Source: Acidimicrobiia bacterium (lineage in GTDB: Bacteria; Actinomycetota; Acidimicrobiia; IMCC26256; JACDBD01). From it: 40,192 nucleotides of DNA. Under the pieces are notes generated by a model. The model was not told where the DNA came from and did not search any database. It saw nothing but the letters and a program-made list of their open reading frames with translations. Both the position numbers and the translations under genes were made by a program. The stretch lies in the NCBI GenBank assembly GCA_036374115.1, contig DASUUL010000057.1, forward strand, positions 1 through 40,192, written 5' to 3'. Shown here in pieces: positions 1 through 10,604 of this stretch. The first letter of the stretch is position 1. Each line of letters starts with the position of its first letter.

Positions 1-369
1 GGCGACCATCCCTACTCGTTCCCGGCGCTGCCGCTCGCCGGCGGGGCGGACAACGCGTTCGGGGCCGTGACGCCGATGCTGCACGAGGTGATGGAGGAGC
101 ACGGTGACGGCGACAAACCGATCTGGGGGACGGAGATGGGCGCACCCACCGGAACCGCGGGGTTCACGCCGACCTTCGTCGCCGAGTACGTGACCGCCGC
201 CTACGACGCCTGGCGCACCTGGCCCTTCACCGGGCCACTCCTCTGGTACACCTACCGCGATGCAGGCCGCGACCCCATGGAGCCCGAGGACAACTTCGGG
301 TTGGTGACCGCCGATTACCGGCCCAAGGAGCCGGCTCTGTCAGCCTTCGAGGCCGTCGTCCGCCGCTGA
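1..369 (+). CDS. Glycoside hydrolase (clan GH-A / cellulase-like), C-terminal part. The 5' end lies outside the window.
   Basis: Frame 1 is open from nt 1 to the stop at 367-369. The listed ORF at 67..369 is only the first internal Met. IWGTEMG looks like a nucleophile-Glu context, and the tail WYTYRD...NFGLV is typical of (beta/alpha)8 glycosidases. GC3 is high. Confidence 0.55.
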   Translation, partial: GDHPYSFPALPLAGGADNAFGAVTPMLHEVMEEHGDGDKPIWGTEMGAPTGTAGFTPTFVAEYVTAAYDAWRTWPFTGPLLWYTYRDAGRDPMEPEDNFGLVTADYRPKEPALSAFEAVVRR

Positions 370-914
370 CGAGACGTCACCGTCGACCCCGCCCGCGGTC
401 GCCGCGCCGGTGCGGTTCGTGCACGCCTTGACGAGCGAGGGGTACGGTTCACCGCGTCTCCGCCGGCGCCCGCCGGGTGGATCTCGAAGTGGGTGTGCGT
501 CGGCGTCGACGCGGCATCGCCGGTGTTGCCGGTGTACCCGATCACCTCGCCGGCGGCGACGCGCCGCTCGGGCCCGGTCCCCTCCCATGCGTCGAAGTGC
601 GCGTAGAAGTAGTCGTTGCCGTCGTCGCCGTCGAGCCAGATCGCCTTCCCGCTGCGGGTGCCGGTCCGGTAGCGGGCCGTACCGGCGACCACGGCCACGT
701 TGGCCCGCCCGCGCGGGGCGAAGACGTCGTTGCCCTCGTGGAGCAATCCGCCCGACCGGGGAGCGTGCCAGTCGTTCGAAAACGATACGGTGCCGGTCAC
801 CGGGCAGCGGATGTCGTAGGCCGCTCCCTCGGGCGGCGGCGGGACCGGCGTGCACGCCGACACCGCGGCGACGATGATCAGCGGAGCGACGGTGAGAACG
901 AGGGCGCGGCGCAT
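315..914 (-). CDS. M23 (LytM-type) metallopeptidase, lipoprotein. The 3' end is probably frameshifted; the alternative stop is at 340.
   Basis: The start is taken at the ATG at 914 (MRRALVLTVAPLIIVAAVSAC, signal peptide plus lipobox Cys), with GGAAGG 4 nt upstream. M23 motifs are HEGNDVFA, GYTGNTGDA and THTHFEIH. After ...GDAVN the annotated frame becomes Arg-rich junk, while the neighbouring frame reads (N)PYPSLVKAC... as expected for M23. Confidence 0.75.
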   Translation of the reverse strand: MRRALVLTVAPLIIVAAVSACTPVPPPPEGAAYDIRCPVTGTVSFSNDWHAPRSGGLLHEGNDVFAPRGRANVAVVAGTARYRTGTRSGKAIWLDGDDGNDYFYAHFDAWEGTGPERRVAAGEVIGYTGNTGDAASTPTHTHFEIHPAGAGGDAVNRTPRSSRRARTAPARRPRAGSTVTSRQRRTTASKADRAGSLGR

Positions 915-1095
915 GGAGCCTTCCGGGATCACGATTCGGCTGTGCTCTGCCCGGAACCCGGGCCGCCTCGGGCGGCACGCGCTCCTCCCTGCCCTCTCGT
1001 CGGCATCGGGGGCGGGTCCCTTGAGCCCCGATCGACGGGCCCCGGCGCCGACCAGGGCGTCAAGTCGGCCCCGGCGCAGGCCGACATACGGGCCG

Positions 1096-2253
1096 ATGCC
1101 GCATCAGGGTCGAAAAGCCGCCCGAGTGTCCGCGATCGTCGTCGCGCTCGCCGTCACCGGGTTCGCCGCTTCCGGCGTGGGCACGGCGCGCCCGGCCGCC
1201 GCCGACCGGCTCGCCCGCGATCCGATCGAGGAGGCCCAGGCCCGACTCGACCAGGCACGAGCGGCCGCATCCGAAGCGGCTCGCCGCTATGACGCCACCG
1301 TCGCCGACCGCGCCCGCATCGAGGCGGAGATCGCAACGATCGCCGCGACCATCCCCCAACTGCGCGCCCGCGAGGCCGAGCTCCAGGCGATCATCGCGGC
1401 CCGCGCCGCGGCCCTGTACCGCAGCGGCGACGGCGGCGGTGTACTGGACGTCACCAGCGGCGGCGACGCCGCCGACGGAGCTCGCCGCGGCGAGCTGACC
1501 GCGGCCGCGACCGAGTACGACGCCGAGGCGGCCCGCCAGCTCCGGGAGACCACCGCCCAGCTCGTCCAGGCCGAGGCCGGCCTCCACGCCCGCCGGCTGG
1601 AGCTCGACGCCCTCCTCCCCCGCCTGGATCGTGAGCGCGCTGACTTCGACGCCAAGGTCGCAGTGGCCGAGACGGCGCTGTGGCGCGCGACGGTGGTCGG
1701 CGCGCTCCGCGCGAGAGGCACGACGTCGGTTGTCGGTCCGTCGGCACTGGCGCCCGAGGACATCGCAGCGTGGTTCCGCGCCACGGGCGGCCGCGGCGAG
1801 GTCGCCGGAATCAGCATCGAGGAGCTCGCGGCGATCTACGTCGAGGAGGGCGCGGCCGCGGGCGTGCGCGGGGATCTCGCGTTCGCACAGTCGATCGTCG
1901 AGACCGGCTCCTTCAACATCATCGGACCCAACAACTTCGCCGGTCTCGGCGCCTGCGACTCCTGCAGCGACATGACCCACTTCCCGACTCCCCGCGACGG
2001 GGTCCGCGCCCAGGTGCAGCACCTGCGCAACTACGGGGACGCGTCGTCCCGTGCCGACGGCCTCACGCACCCGCCCTCGCCGTACTGGTACGGACACGAT
2101 CCCGGCACCGCTGCCCGGAACTTCAACACCTTCTTCGCGAAGGGGTGGGCGCCGACGTGGGAAGAGATGGGCGCGGGGAACTGGGCGACCGATCCCGGGT
2201 ACGCCGGCAAGGTTCTCGCCGTCTACGACCGCATGCTCGCCTGGGTGGGCTAG
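1096..2253 (+). CDS. Secreted cell-wall hydrolase: N-terminal Ala/Arg/Glu coiled coil plus C-terminal glucosaminidase-like (mannosyl-glycoprotein endo-beta-N-acetylglucosaminidase family) domain.
   Basis: ATG at 1096 (MPHQGRKAARVSAIVVALAVTGFAASG, signal-like). There is a long heptad-like ARxxEAE region. The C-terminus reads FAQSIVETGSF...FAGLGA...VRAQVQHLRNY...GNWATDPGYAGKV. The upstream part of the listed ORF 850..2253 is junk. Confidence 0.7.
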   Translation: MPHQGRKAARVSAIVVALAVTGFAASGVGTARPAAADRLARDPIEEAQARLDQARAAASEAARRYDATVADRARIEAEIATIAATIPQLRAREAELQAIIAARAAALYRSGDGGGVLDVTSGGDAADGARRGELTAAATEYDAEAARQLRETTAQLVQAEAGLHARRLELDALLPRLDRERADFDAKVAVAETALWRATVVGALRARGTTSVVGPSALAPEDIAAWFRATGGRGEVAGISIEELAAIYVEEGAAAGVRGDLAFAQSIVETGSFNIIGPNNFAGLGACDSCSDMTHFPTPRDGVRAQVQHLRNYGDASSRADGLTHPPSPYWYGHDPGTAARNFNTFFAKGWAPTWEEMGAGNWATDPGYAGKVLAVYDRMLAWVG

Positions 2254-2298
2254 AGGGCGCTCGGCGTTCGCGCCGGTCCTCCGTGCGAAGCTGGCGCG

Positions 2299-3003
2299 GT
2301 GGGCTCCGAGCCGGGCTTCGTCCTCGTGCACGGCGCCGGGCTCGGCGCCTGGATCTGGGATCCGCTGATCGCCCGGCTGTCGCGGCCCGCGCTGGCGATC
2401 GACCTGCCCGGGCGGGGCTCGCGCCCGGCTCCTCGCCGATCGGTGGGCATGAGCGCCGCGATCGAGGCGGTGGCGGCGGAGGCCCGGGCGTGGGGCGATC
2501 GTCCGCTCGTGCTGGTCGGCCACTCGCTCGGGGGCGTGGTCGCCCTCGGTGCCGCCGCCGAGCTCGGCCCCCGGGTGCAACGTGTCGTGCTCGTCGGCGG
2601 CGGTGCCGTGCCGTCGGGGATGAGCTATTTCGCCGCGCTCCCCACCCGTGACCGATGGGCGTTGAAGCTGGCGGCGGCGCTGCGCATTCCCGCGCCCGCG
2701 GCAGCGGTTCGCAGGGTGCTCTGCCACGACCTCGACGACGACACGGCCGAGCTCGTGGTGGAGCGGACCGCGCTGCCCGAGCCGTGGCGGATGTACGGCG
2801 AGAAGGTCCACTGGGACGCGCTCTCCCGGTCGGTTCCCATGACGTACGTGAAGCTCCTGCAGGATCGGGCCGTGTCGCCTGCACTCCAGGAGCGTTTCGC
2901 GTCGTACCTCCGCCGGCCCGACGTCCTCACGATCGACAGCGGGCACCTGCCGATGCTCGGGTCCCGGCTCCCCACCCTCGCCACCGCGCTGGAGCCCGCG
3001 TAG
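2299..3003 (+). CDS. Alpha/beta-fold hydrolase (methylesterase/SABP2-like).
   Basis: GTG start. FVLVHGAGLGAWIW lies near the N-terminus, the nucleophile elbow is GHSLGG, and there is a C-terminal His (DSGHLPM). Confidence 0.8.
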   Translation: MGSEPGFVLVHGAGLGAWIWDPLIARLSRPALAIDLPGRGSRPAPRRSVGMSAAIEAVAAEARAWGDRPLVLVGHSLGGVVALGAAAELGPRVQRVVLVGGGAVPSGMSYFAALPTRDRWALKLAAALRIPAPAAAVRRVLCHDLDDDTAELVVERTALPEPWRMYGEKVHWDALSRSVPMTYVKLLQDRAVSPALQERFASYLRRPDVLTIDSGHLPMLGSRLPTLATALEPA

Positions 3004-3095
3004 CACGCTGCGAGCACGCGGCCGTCCCGCGCCGTTCCCGACGGGCGTACGCTGCGCCGGCCCGCTCGCCCGCCCGATCCAGCAGGAGGCCCGCC

Positions 3096-4205
3096 GTGCC
3101 CGTGCCGCTCGACGAGTACCCGATCCACCAAGCACCGGTGTCGCTGCGCTACTTCGCCACGAGCGATCGCAACGTGTACGACCGCTGCATCTTCCAGGCG
3201 TTCGAGCGCAGCGGCGACGTCGAGCTGCTGACCGGTCTGGGCGTGTACCCCCACCTCGGCGTGATCGACGGGTACGCGACCGTTCGCCGGGGCGACCGCC
3301 AGGTCGCCGTCCGCACGTCCGACGCCCTCGGCGACGACCGGATGGAGCAGCGCGTCGGCCCGCTCCGCATCGACGTGCTCGAGCCCCTCCGCCGCCTCCG
3401 GGTGCGCTGCGACGCCGACGACCTCGGGGTCGGCTTCGACCTCACGTGGGACGCCGCCTTCCCGGCGGTCGAGGAGCCCCGCCACGTGCACCGCCAGGGC
3501 GACCGCCTCATCCTCGACGCCTGCCGGTTCGTCCAGGTGGGTGCCTGGGAGGGCGCGCTCCGGGTCGAGGGCGAGGAGCTCGCCGTCGACGATGCCAGGT
3601 GGTCGGGGACGCGCGACCGGTCGTGGGGCATCCGCCCGGTGGGCGAGGCGGAGCCGCCCGGACGCCCCGGCGCCGAGAACGGCGGGTTCTGGTGGTGCTG
3701 GGCGCCGCTGCGCTTCGACGAGTTCGCGATCGTGGTGATCGTCCAGGAGGGCCCGGACGGCCACCGGGTGCTGAACGAGGCGGTCCGGGTGTGGCCCGCC
3801 GAGTCGGGGCGGCCGCCCGAGCAGCTGGGCTGGCCCGAGATCGAAGTGAAGTACCGCTCCGGGACCCGCCATCCGGAGGGGGCCGTCCTCCACCTCACCG
3901 AGCGGGGACGCAAGCCGGTCACCGTGGAGGTCGAGACGCGCGGCTTCGTGGCCCTCAACGTGGGGCCGGGCTACGGCGGCGATCCCGACTGGGGTCACGG
4001 CCAGTGGCGAGGACCCGGTTGGGTCGACGGCACCGTCTACGACCTCACCGATCCCGCGGTCGCGGGCCGGATCCCCTTCGGTGTCGTCGACCACGTCGCC
4101 CGGGCTACCTGCGACGGCGCCGAGGGCTTCGGGATCTTCGAGCACGCCACGATCGGGCGCCACGACCCGTCGGGCTTCGCCGACCTCGGGGCCGTCGCCC
4201 CGTAG
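3096..4205 (+). CDS. Conserved hypothetical protein (actinobacterial, function unknown).
   Basis: GTG at 3096 is preceded by AGGAGG (3084-3089). GC3 is high and the composition is non-repetitive (PIHQAP, RDRSWGIRP, FWWCWAPLRFDEF). The upstream 147 codons of the listed ORF 2655..4205 are Arg-rich shadow sequence. Confidence 0.65.
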   Translation: MPVPLDEYPIHQAPVSLRYFATSDRNVYDRCIFQAFERSGDVELLTGLGVYPHLGVIDGYATVRRGDRQVAVRTSDALGDDRMEQRVGPLRIDVLEPLRRLRVRCDADDLGVGFDLTWDAAFPAVEEPRHVHRQGDRLILDACRFVQVGAWEGALRVEGEELAVDDARWSGTRDRSWGIRPVGEAEPPGRPGAENGGFWWCWAPLRFDEFAIVVIVQEGPDGHRVLNEAVRVWPAESGRPPEQLGWPEIEVKYRSGTRHPEGAVLHLTERGRKPVTVEVETRGFVALNVGPGYGGDPDWGHGQWRGPGWVDGTVYDLTDPAVAGRIPFGVVDHVARATCDGAEGFGIFEHATIGRHDPSGFADLGAVAP

Positions 4206-4327
4206 CCCAACCCGGCCGCGATCGCGGCGTTTGTCCGGAGCCGGCGCGGGTGGGACGACGAGGCTCCCGCCGCCGGCGGTTTGGCGGTGAACCCGGACGG
4301 GTAGGGGTGCCGCCGGGGGAAACACCG

Positions 4328-5607
<1,280 letters not shown>

Positions 5608-5611
<4 letters not shown>

Positions 5612-6912
5612 AGCGACTCACGAGATCGGTCGCGGCCGCGGCCGGCATCGTCCTCGTCGCCGCGGCCCTCACGGCCGCCGCGCCGGCCGCCGGCGGCGGC
5701 GGCGACGACCTGTCAGGCGAGTCCGTCGAGGTCGCGGCGGTCTGGACCGGCGCCGAGCAGGAGCGCTTCGAGCTGGTGCTCGAGGCCTTCGAGGACGAGA
5801 CCGGCGCCGACGTCACCTTCACCTCGACCGGTGACGACATCTCGGCGGCGCTCGAGCCGCGCATCTCGGGCGGTGATCCCCCCGACGTCGCCATGTTGCC
5901 CCAACCCGGCCTCCTGAACGACTTCGTGGAGCGCGGCGCGCTCCAGTCGGTCGAGGACGCCGCCGGTGCGGCCGTCGACGAGAACTACGCGCCCATCTGG
6001 CGCGAGCTCGGCAGCGTCGACGGGACGCTCTACGGCGTCTGGTTCAAGGCCGCCAACAAGTCGCTCGTCTGGTACAGCACCGAGGTCTTCAGCGACGCGG
6101 GCGTCAGGCCCGCCGACGACTTCGAGGGCTTCATGGAGAACGCCCAGACGATCTCCGACTTCGGGGTCGCGCCGTTCTCGGTGGGTGGCGCCAACGGCTG
6201 GGTGCTGACCGACCTCTTCGAGAACATCTATCTCGGTCAGGCGGGCCCGGATCTCTACGACCAGCTGTCGCGCCACGAGATCCCCTGGACGGACCCGTCG
6301 GTCACCGAAGCGCTCACCACGATGGCCGAGGTCTACTCCGACGACTTTCTCGTGGGCGGCGTCGAGGGGACCCTCGAGACCGAGTTCCCGCGCTCGGTGC
6401 AGAACGTCTTCGCCGGCGATCCCGAGGGTGCGATGGTGATCGAGGGCGACTTCGTCGGCGGCGTGATCACCGGCGAGACCGACGCCAAGGTGGGCAAGCA
6501 GGCCAAGGTGGCGTTCTTCCCTGCCATCGAGGATGCCGAGGCGCCCGTCGTGACCGGCGGCGACGTGGCCGTGATGTTCACGAACACCGAGGGCGGCCAG
6601 GCGCTCATCGAGTTCCTCGCCTCGCCCGACGCCGCCGAGGTGTGGGCCGAGGAGGGCGGCTACATCTCGCCCAACCAGAACGTCGACTCCGACGCCTATC
6701 CCTCGAAGGCGCAGCGCCGCATCGCGGACGCGCTGGTGTCTGCCCAGCTCATTCGCTTCGACCTCTCGGACCTCCAGCCGTCGGAGTTCGGCGCCACCGA
6801 CGCCCAGGGCATGTGGAAGCTCTTCCAGGACTTCCTGGCCAACCCGTCCGACGTGAACGGCATCGCCCAGCAGCTCGAGGACGCCGCCGCCCAGGCGTAT
6901 GGCAGTCAGTAG
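5608..6912 (+). CDS. Extracellular solute-binding protein, family 1 (CUT1 sugar-binding).
   Basis: ATG at 5608 with GGAGG 8 nt upstream. The hydrophobic signal MKRLTRSVAAAAGIVLVAAALTAAAPAAG has no lipobox Cys. Typical SBP_bac_1 features are present (AAVWTG...FE, DVAMLPQPG, VWFKAANKSLVWY). Confidence 0.9.
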
Positions 6913-8266
6913 CAAGTCACCACCAGCCGAAGCGGAGGCGGCGCCACCGGGGGCGCCGCCTCCCGCTCCGGCGACAGGGCCCGGGACGGGCCGCCGGCCG
7001 GGGCTCGCCCTCCTCTTCCTGCTGCCCGCGCTCGCGATCCTGGGCGCGCTCGTGGTGTACCCGATCATCTACACGGTGGTGCGGTCGCTGTTCGACCGCG
7101 GCGGCGACGACTTCATCGGGCTCGACAACTACCGGCGGATGTTCGAGAACGACCGCACCTTCCGCGCCATCCGCAACAACGCAGTGTGGGTGGTCACGGC
7201 GCCCACCCTCGCGACCGGCCTCGGCCTCGTCTTCGCCGTGCTGGCCGAGCGCGTCCGCTGGCAGACCGCCTTCAAGCTCGCGGTGTTCATGCCCATGGCG
7301 ATCTCGTTCCTCGCCGCCGGCGTCATCTTCAGGCTCGTCTACGAGCGCAATCCCGAACGCGGCCTCGCCAACGCGGTGGTCACGAGCGTCGTCGACATCG
7401 TGCGCCCACCGGGCGAGTATCCGGGCGCGAGGCCCGCGGACGAGGACGGCCTCGAGCCGGACGGCGCCGCCTATGTCACCACGGGAGCGGTGGCGCCGGG
7501 CGAAGCCGTCACGATCGGCATGGTCGCCATCCGCCCCGACGAGGTCCCCGCCGACGCGGCGCGCGCCCGGGAGCCGCCAACGGGCGGCGACCGCGAGATC
7601 GAGGGCCTGGTGTGGCTCGACTTCACCCGAGGTGGGGGCGGCGAGCGCGGCGCCGTCGACCCGCGCGAGCTCGGCCTCCCCGGCATGAAGATCGAGGTCG
7701 TGCGCGACGGCGATGTGGCCGGCAGCGCGTCCACCGCCGACAACGGCCGTTTCACGATCTCCGACCTGGAACCGGGCGACTATCGCGTGCGCCTGGCGTC
7801 GTCGAACTTCCGCGAGCCCTCCGACGGCGTCGCCTGGCTCGGGGCCGCGCTCATCACCCCCGCGATCATCAGCTCGTTCCTGTGGATCTGGGTCGGATTC
7901 GCCATGATCGTGATCGGGGCGGGCCTCGCCGCGATCCCCCGCGAGACCCTCGAGGCCGCCCGCACCGACGGCGCGAACGAGTGGCAGGTGTTCCGGCGGG
8001 TCACCGCCCCGCTCCTCGCGCCCGTGCTCCTGGTCGTGCTGGTCACGCTGGTGATCAACGTTCTGAAGATCTTCGACCTCGTGTTCGTGATCGCGCCGCC
8101 GTCGGTGCAGGACGACGCCAACGTGATCGCGCTGGAGATGTGGCGCGTCTCGTTCGGCGGGGGTCGCAACCAGGGGCTGGGGAGCGCGTTGAGCGTCCTG
8201 CTGTTCGTGCTCGTGATTCCGGCGATGGCCTACAACATCCGGCGGCTGCGGAAGGAGCAGGGGTGA
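6899..8266 (+). CDS. Sugar ABC permease (MalF-like) with a roughly 160-aa extracytoplasmic insertion between TM3 and TM4.
   Basis: There are six hydrophobic segments and an EAA loop, LEAARTDGANEWQVFRRVTAPLL. ATG at 6899 overlaps the binding-protein gene end by 14 nt. Insertion residues ~149-312 include GMKIEVVRDGDVAGSASTADNGRFTISDLEPGDYRVRL, a pattern like a carboxypeptidase-regulatory / SdrD-B Ig-like domain. Confidence 0.85.
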   Translation: MAVSSKSPPAEAEAAPPGAPPPAPATGPGTGRRPGLALLFLLPALAILGALVVYPIIYTVVRSLFDRGGDDFIGLDNYRRMFENDRTFRAIRNNAVWVVTAPTLATGLGLVFAVLAERVRWQTAFKLAVFMPMAISFLAAGVIFRLVYERNPERGLANAVVTSVVDIVRPPGEYPGARPADEDGLEPDGAAYVTTGAVAPGEAVTIGMVAIRPDEVPADAARAREPPTGGDREIEGLVWLDFTRGGGGERGAVDPRELGLPGMKIEVVRDGDVAGSASTADNGRFTISDLEPGDYRVRLASSNFREPSDGVAWLGAALITPAIISSFLWIWVGFAMIVIGAGLAAIPRETLEAARTDGANEWQVFRRVTAPLLAPVLLVVLVTLVINVLKIFDLVFVIAPPSVQDDANVIALEMWRVSFGGGRNQGLGSALSVLLFVLVIPAMAYNIRRLRKEQG

Positions 8267-9183
8267 CCACGACGACGAGCACCGCCGCCCCCCCGGCCGA
8301 ACCTCCGCCCGCGACGGAGCCGCCGATCGCCCGGGAGTCCGTGGCTCGACGCATCGCCGGGGCCGCGTCCCGCGGCCCGCTGCACGTCGTGCTGATCGTG
8401 ATCGCGTTGGCGTGGCTCACGCCCGCCGTCGGGCTCTTCGTCTCGTCGTTGCGAACGGTCGCCGACAACTCCGAGAGCGGCTGGTGGACAGCCCTCGCCG
8501 ACTGGAGCTCCCTGTCACTCGAGAACTACCGGTCGATCGTCGACAACGAGGCGATCGTCGACGCGCTGCGCAACACCGTGCTCATCACCGTGCCGGCAAC
8601 CCTCGGCGTCGTGCTGGTTGCAGCACTGGCGGCCTATGCGTTCGCCTGGATCGACTTCCGGGGGCGCGACTGGCTCTTCGTCGCCGTCGTGGCCTTGCTC
8701 GTGGTGCCGATCCAAGTGGCGTTGATTCCGGTCGCCAGCCTCTACGGCGACCTCGGCATCTACGGTGACATCAGCGGAGTGGTGCTCTTCCACGTCGCGT
8801 TCGGGCTCCCCTTCGCCATCTTTCTGCTGCGCAACTTCTTCGCCGGCATCCCGCGCGAGTTGCTGGAAGCGGCCCGCATCGACGGTGCCGGCGAGCTCAA
8901 GGTCTTCCGGATGGTCGTGCTCCCGATCGGGCTGCCCGCGATCGCGTCGCTGGCGATCTTCCAATTCCTGTGGACCTGGAACGACCTGCTCGTGGGGTTG
9001 GTGTTCGCGAGCCAGGAGAACGCGCCGATCACGGTGGCCATCCGCAGCCAGACCCGCCAGTTCGGGACCAACATCGACATCATCGCCCCGGCCGCGTTCT
9101 TGTCGATGATCGTCCCGCTCGTCGTGTTCTTCGCCTTCCAGCGCTACTTCGTGCAGGGGCTGCTCGCCGGTTCCGAGCGCTAG
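8263..9183 (+). CDS. Sugar ABC permease (MalG-like).
   Basis: GTGA start/stop overlap at 8263-8266 and GAAGGAG upstream. EAA loop LLEAARIDGAGELKVFRMVVLP. Six TM segments. Confidence 0.9.
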   Translation: MTTTTSTAAPPAEPPPATEPPIARESVARRIAGAASRGPLHVVLIVIALAWLTPAVGLFVSSLRTVADNSESGWWTALADWSSLSLENYRSIVDNEAIVDALRNTVLITVPATLGVVLVAALAAYAFAWIDFRGRDWLFVAVVALLVVPIQVALIPVASLYGDLGIYGDISGVVLFHVAFGLPFAIFLLRNFFAGIPRELLEAARIDGAGELKVFRMVVLPIGLPAIASLAIFQFLWTWNDLLVGLVFASQENAPITVAIRSQTRQFGTNIDIIAPAAFLSMIVPLVVFFAFQRYFVQGLLAGSER

Positions 9184-10604
9184 GCCCCCGCGTGGCCGTG
9201 CTCGGCCCGGAGCTTGCGGGTGAGAGCCTCGAGCGCGGGCGCGAGGCGGACCTCGTAGCCGGGCGCGCCCGCGTCGATCGAACGGACGTGCGGCGCCAGG
9301 GCGGCGACCGCGGCCGCGCGACGATCGCGCGCCGCGGCAAGCGGCTCCCGCCGGCGGGTGCGGCGGCCGCCGGCCATCACGTGCTCGAGCACCGGCGCGC
9401 CCTCGACCCGCGCCTCGTCCTCGAGCGCGATCACGTCGTGCGCGTACGCCTCGCCGTCGCGGACGCGGTAGATCTGCTTGCGCCCCGGCAGCGTGGTCTT
9501 GCCCGGAGCCACCTTCACCTTGGGCCCGGTCGGGTCCTCCACCAGCTTGTAGACGACGTCGAGGGACGGCGCGTCGCCGCTCGTGCCCAGCTGGGTACCG
9601 ACGCCGAACGCGTCGATCGTGGCTCCGGAGGCGACGATCTCGGCGATGCGGTACTCGTCCAGGTCGCCGGAGGCGAAGATGCCGATCTCGCCGAGGCCGG
9701 CGTCGTCGAGCGTACGGCGGACCGAACGCGACAGCGCCGTGAAGTCGCCGGAGTCGAGGCGGACCGCACGAGGCACGATGCCCTCGGCTCGCAGCTGTGG
9801 CGCCATCGCCGCCACCAGCTGCGCGGCGGCTTCGGTGTCGTAGGTGTCGAGCAGCAGCACGGCCTTCCCCGGGTAGGCACGGGCGAACGAGAGGAACGCG
9901 TCGCGCTCGTCGCTGAACCGCATGACGTACGCGTGGGCCATCGTCCCGCTGAGCTCGAGCCCGAGCTCGCGGCCGGCGAGCACGAGCGAGGTACCCGACG
10001 CACCCCCGACGAACGCCGCCCGCGCCGCCTTCATGGCCGCGTCGGTGCCGTGGTCGCGGCGAGGCGAGAAGTCGACGAACGAACGATCGCCGCACACGCT
10101 GGCGATCCGGGCCGCCTTCGTCGCGATCAACGTCTGGAAGCCGATGCAGTTCAGGAGGAACGTCTCGACGATCTGCGCCTCGACGAGCGGGGCCGTGACG
10201 CGCACCAACGGCTCGTCGGGAAACACCACCTCCCCTTCGGGCACGGCCCACACATCCCCCGTGAAGCGCAGGTCACCGAGGTGGCGGAGGAACGACTCCT
10301 CGAACAGGCCGAGCGACCGCAGGTAGTCGAGCGCGGCATCGTCGAAGCGCAGCTGCTCGAGGTAGTCGAGCGCGACCTCGAGCCCGCACGCCACGAGGTA
10401 GCCCCGGCGCGGCGGGAGCCGGTGCGCGTACAAGTCGAACGTGGCCGGCGCCACCATCCCGAGCGCGTGGTAGCTCCCCGCCATGGTGAGCTCGTAAAGG
10501 TCGGTGAAGAGCGCCGCATCCGGGCCGAGGCCCGGCTCGCGGATAGCGTCGGGGCTTGCAGAGGCCACGCTCCGGAGGTCCCCCTTGGAGGTGTCGTCGA
10601 ACAT
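9180..10604 (-). CDS. pncB: Nicotinate phosphoribosyltransferase.
   Basis: LFTDLYELTMA lies near the N-terminus. Also present are GTSLVLAG, MAHAYVM, RLDSGD and the ASGDLDEY...FGVGT pattern of NAPRTase. The start is uncertain: ATG at 10604 (used here), ATG at 10637, or GTG at 10568 preceded by AAGGGGGA. Confidence 0.85.
   Translation of the reverse strand: MFDDTSKGDLRSVASASPDAIREPGLGPDAALFTDLYELTMAGSYHALGMVAPATFDLYAHRLPPRRGYLVACGLEVALDYLEQLRFDDAALDYLRSLGLFEESFLRHLGDLRFTGDVWAVPEGEVVFPDEPLVRVTAPLVEAQIVETFLLNCIGFQTLIATKAARIASVCGDRSFVDFSPRRDHGTDAAMKAARAAFVGGASGTSLVLAGRELGLELSGTMAHAYVMRFSDERDAFLSFARAYPGKAVLLLDTYDTEAAAQLVAAMAPQLRAEGIVPRAVRLDSGDFTALSRSVRRTLDDAGLGEIGIFASGDLDEYRIAEIVASGATIDAFGVGTQLGTSGDAPSLDVVYKLVEDPTGPKVKVAPGKTTLPGRKQIYRVRDGEAYAHDVIALEDEARVEGAPVLEHVMAGGRRTRRREPLAAARDRRAAAVAALAPHVRSIDAGAPGYEVRLAPALEALTRKLRAEHGHAGA

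Noticed and set aside
915-1095. Possible ydaO-type (cyclic-di-AMP) riboswitch in the 181-nt spacer between the two divergent cell-wall hydrolase genes. The spacer is structured (GCCGAC...GTCGGC stem, GGCCCCGGCGC repeated twice).
   Set aside because: I could not find the conserved core elements I remember for that class (ACGGGG/GGGGTGAA-type and CCGACAGCTAAC-TCGTAAGCG-type segments). A covariance-model scan would be needed, so I am not calling it.
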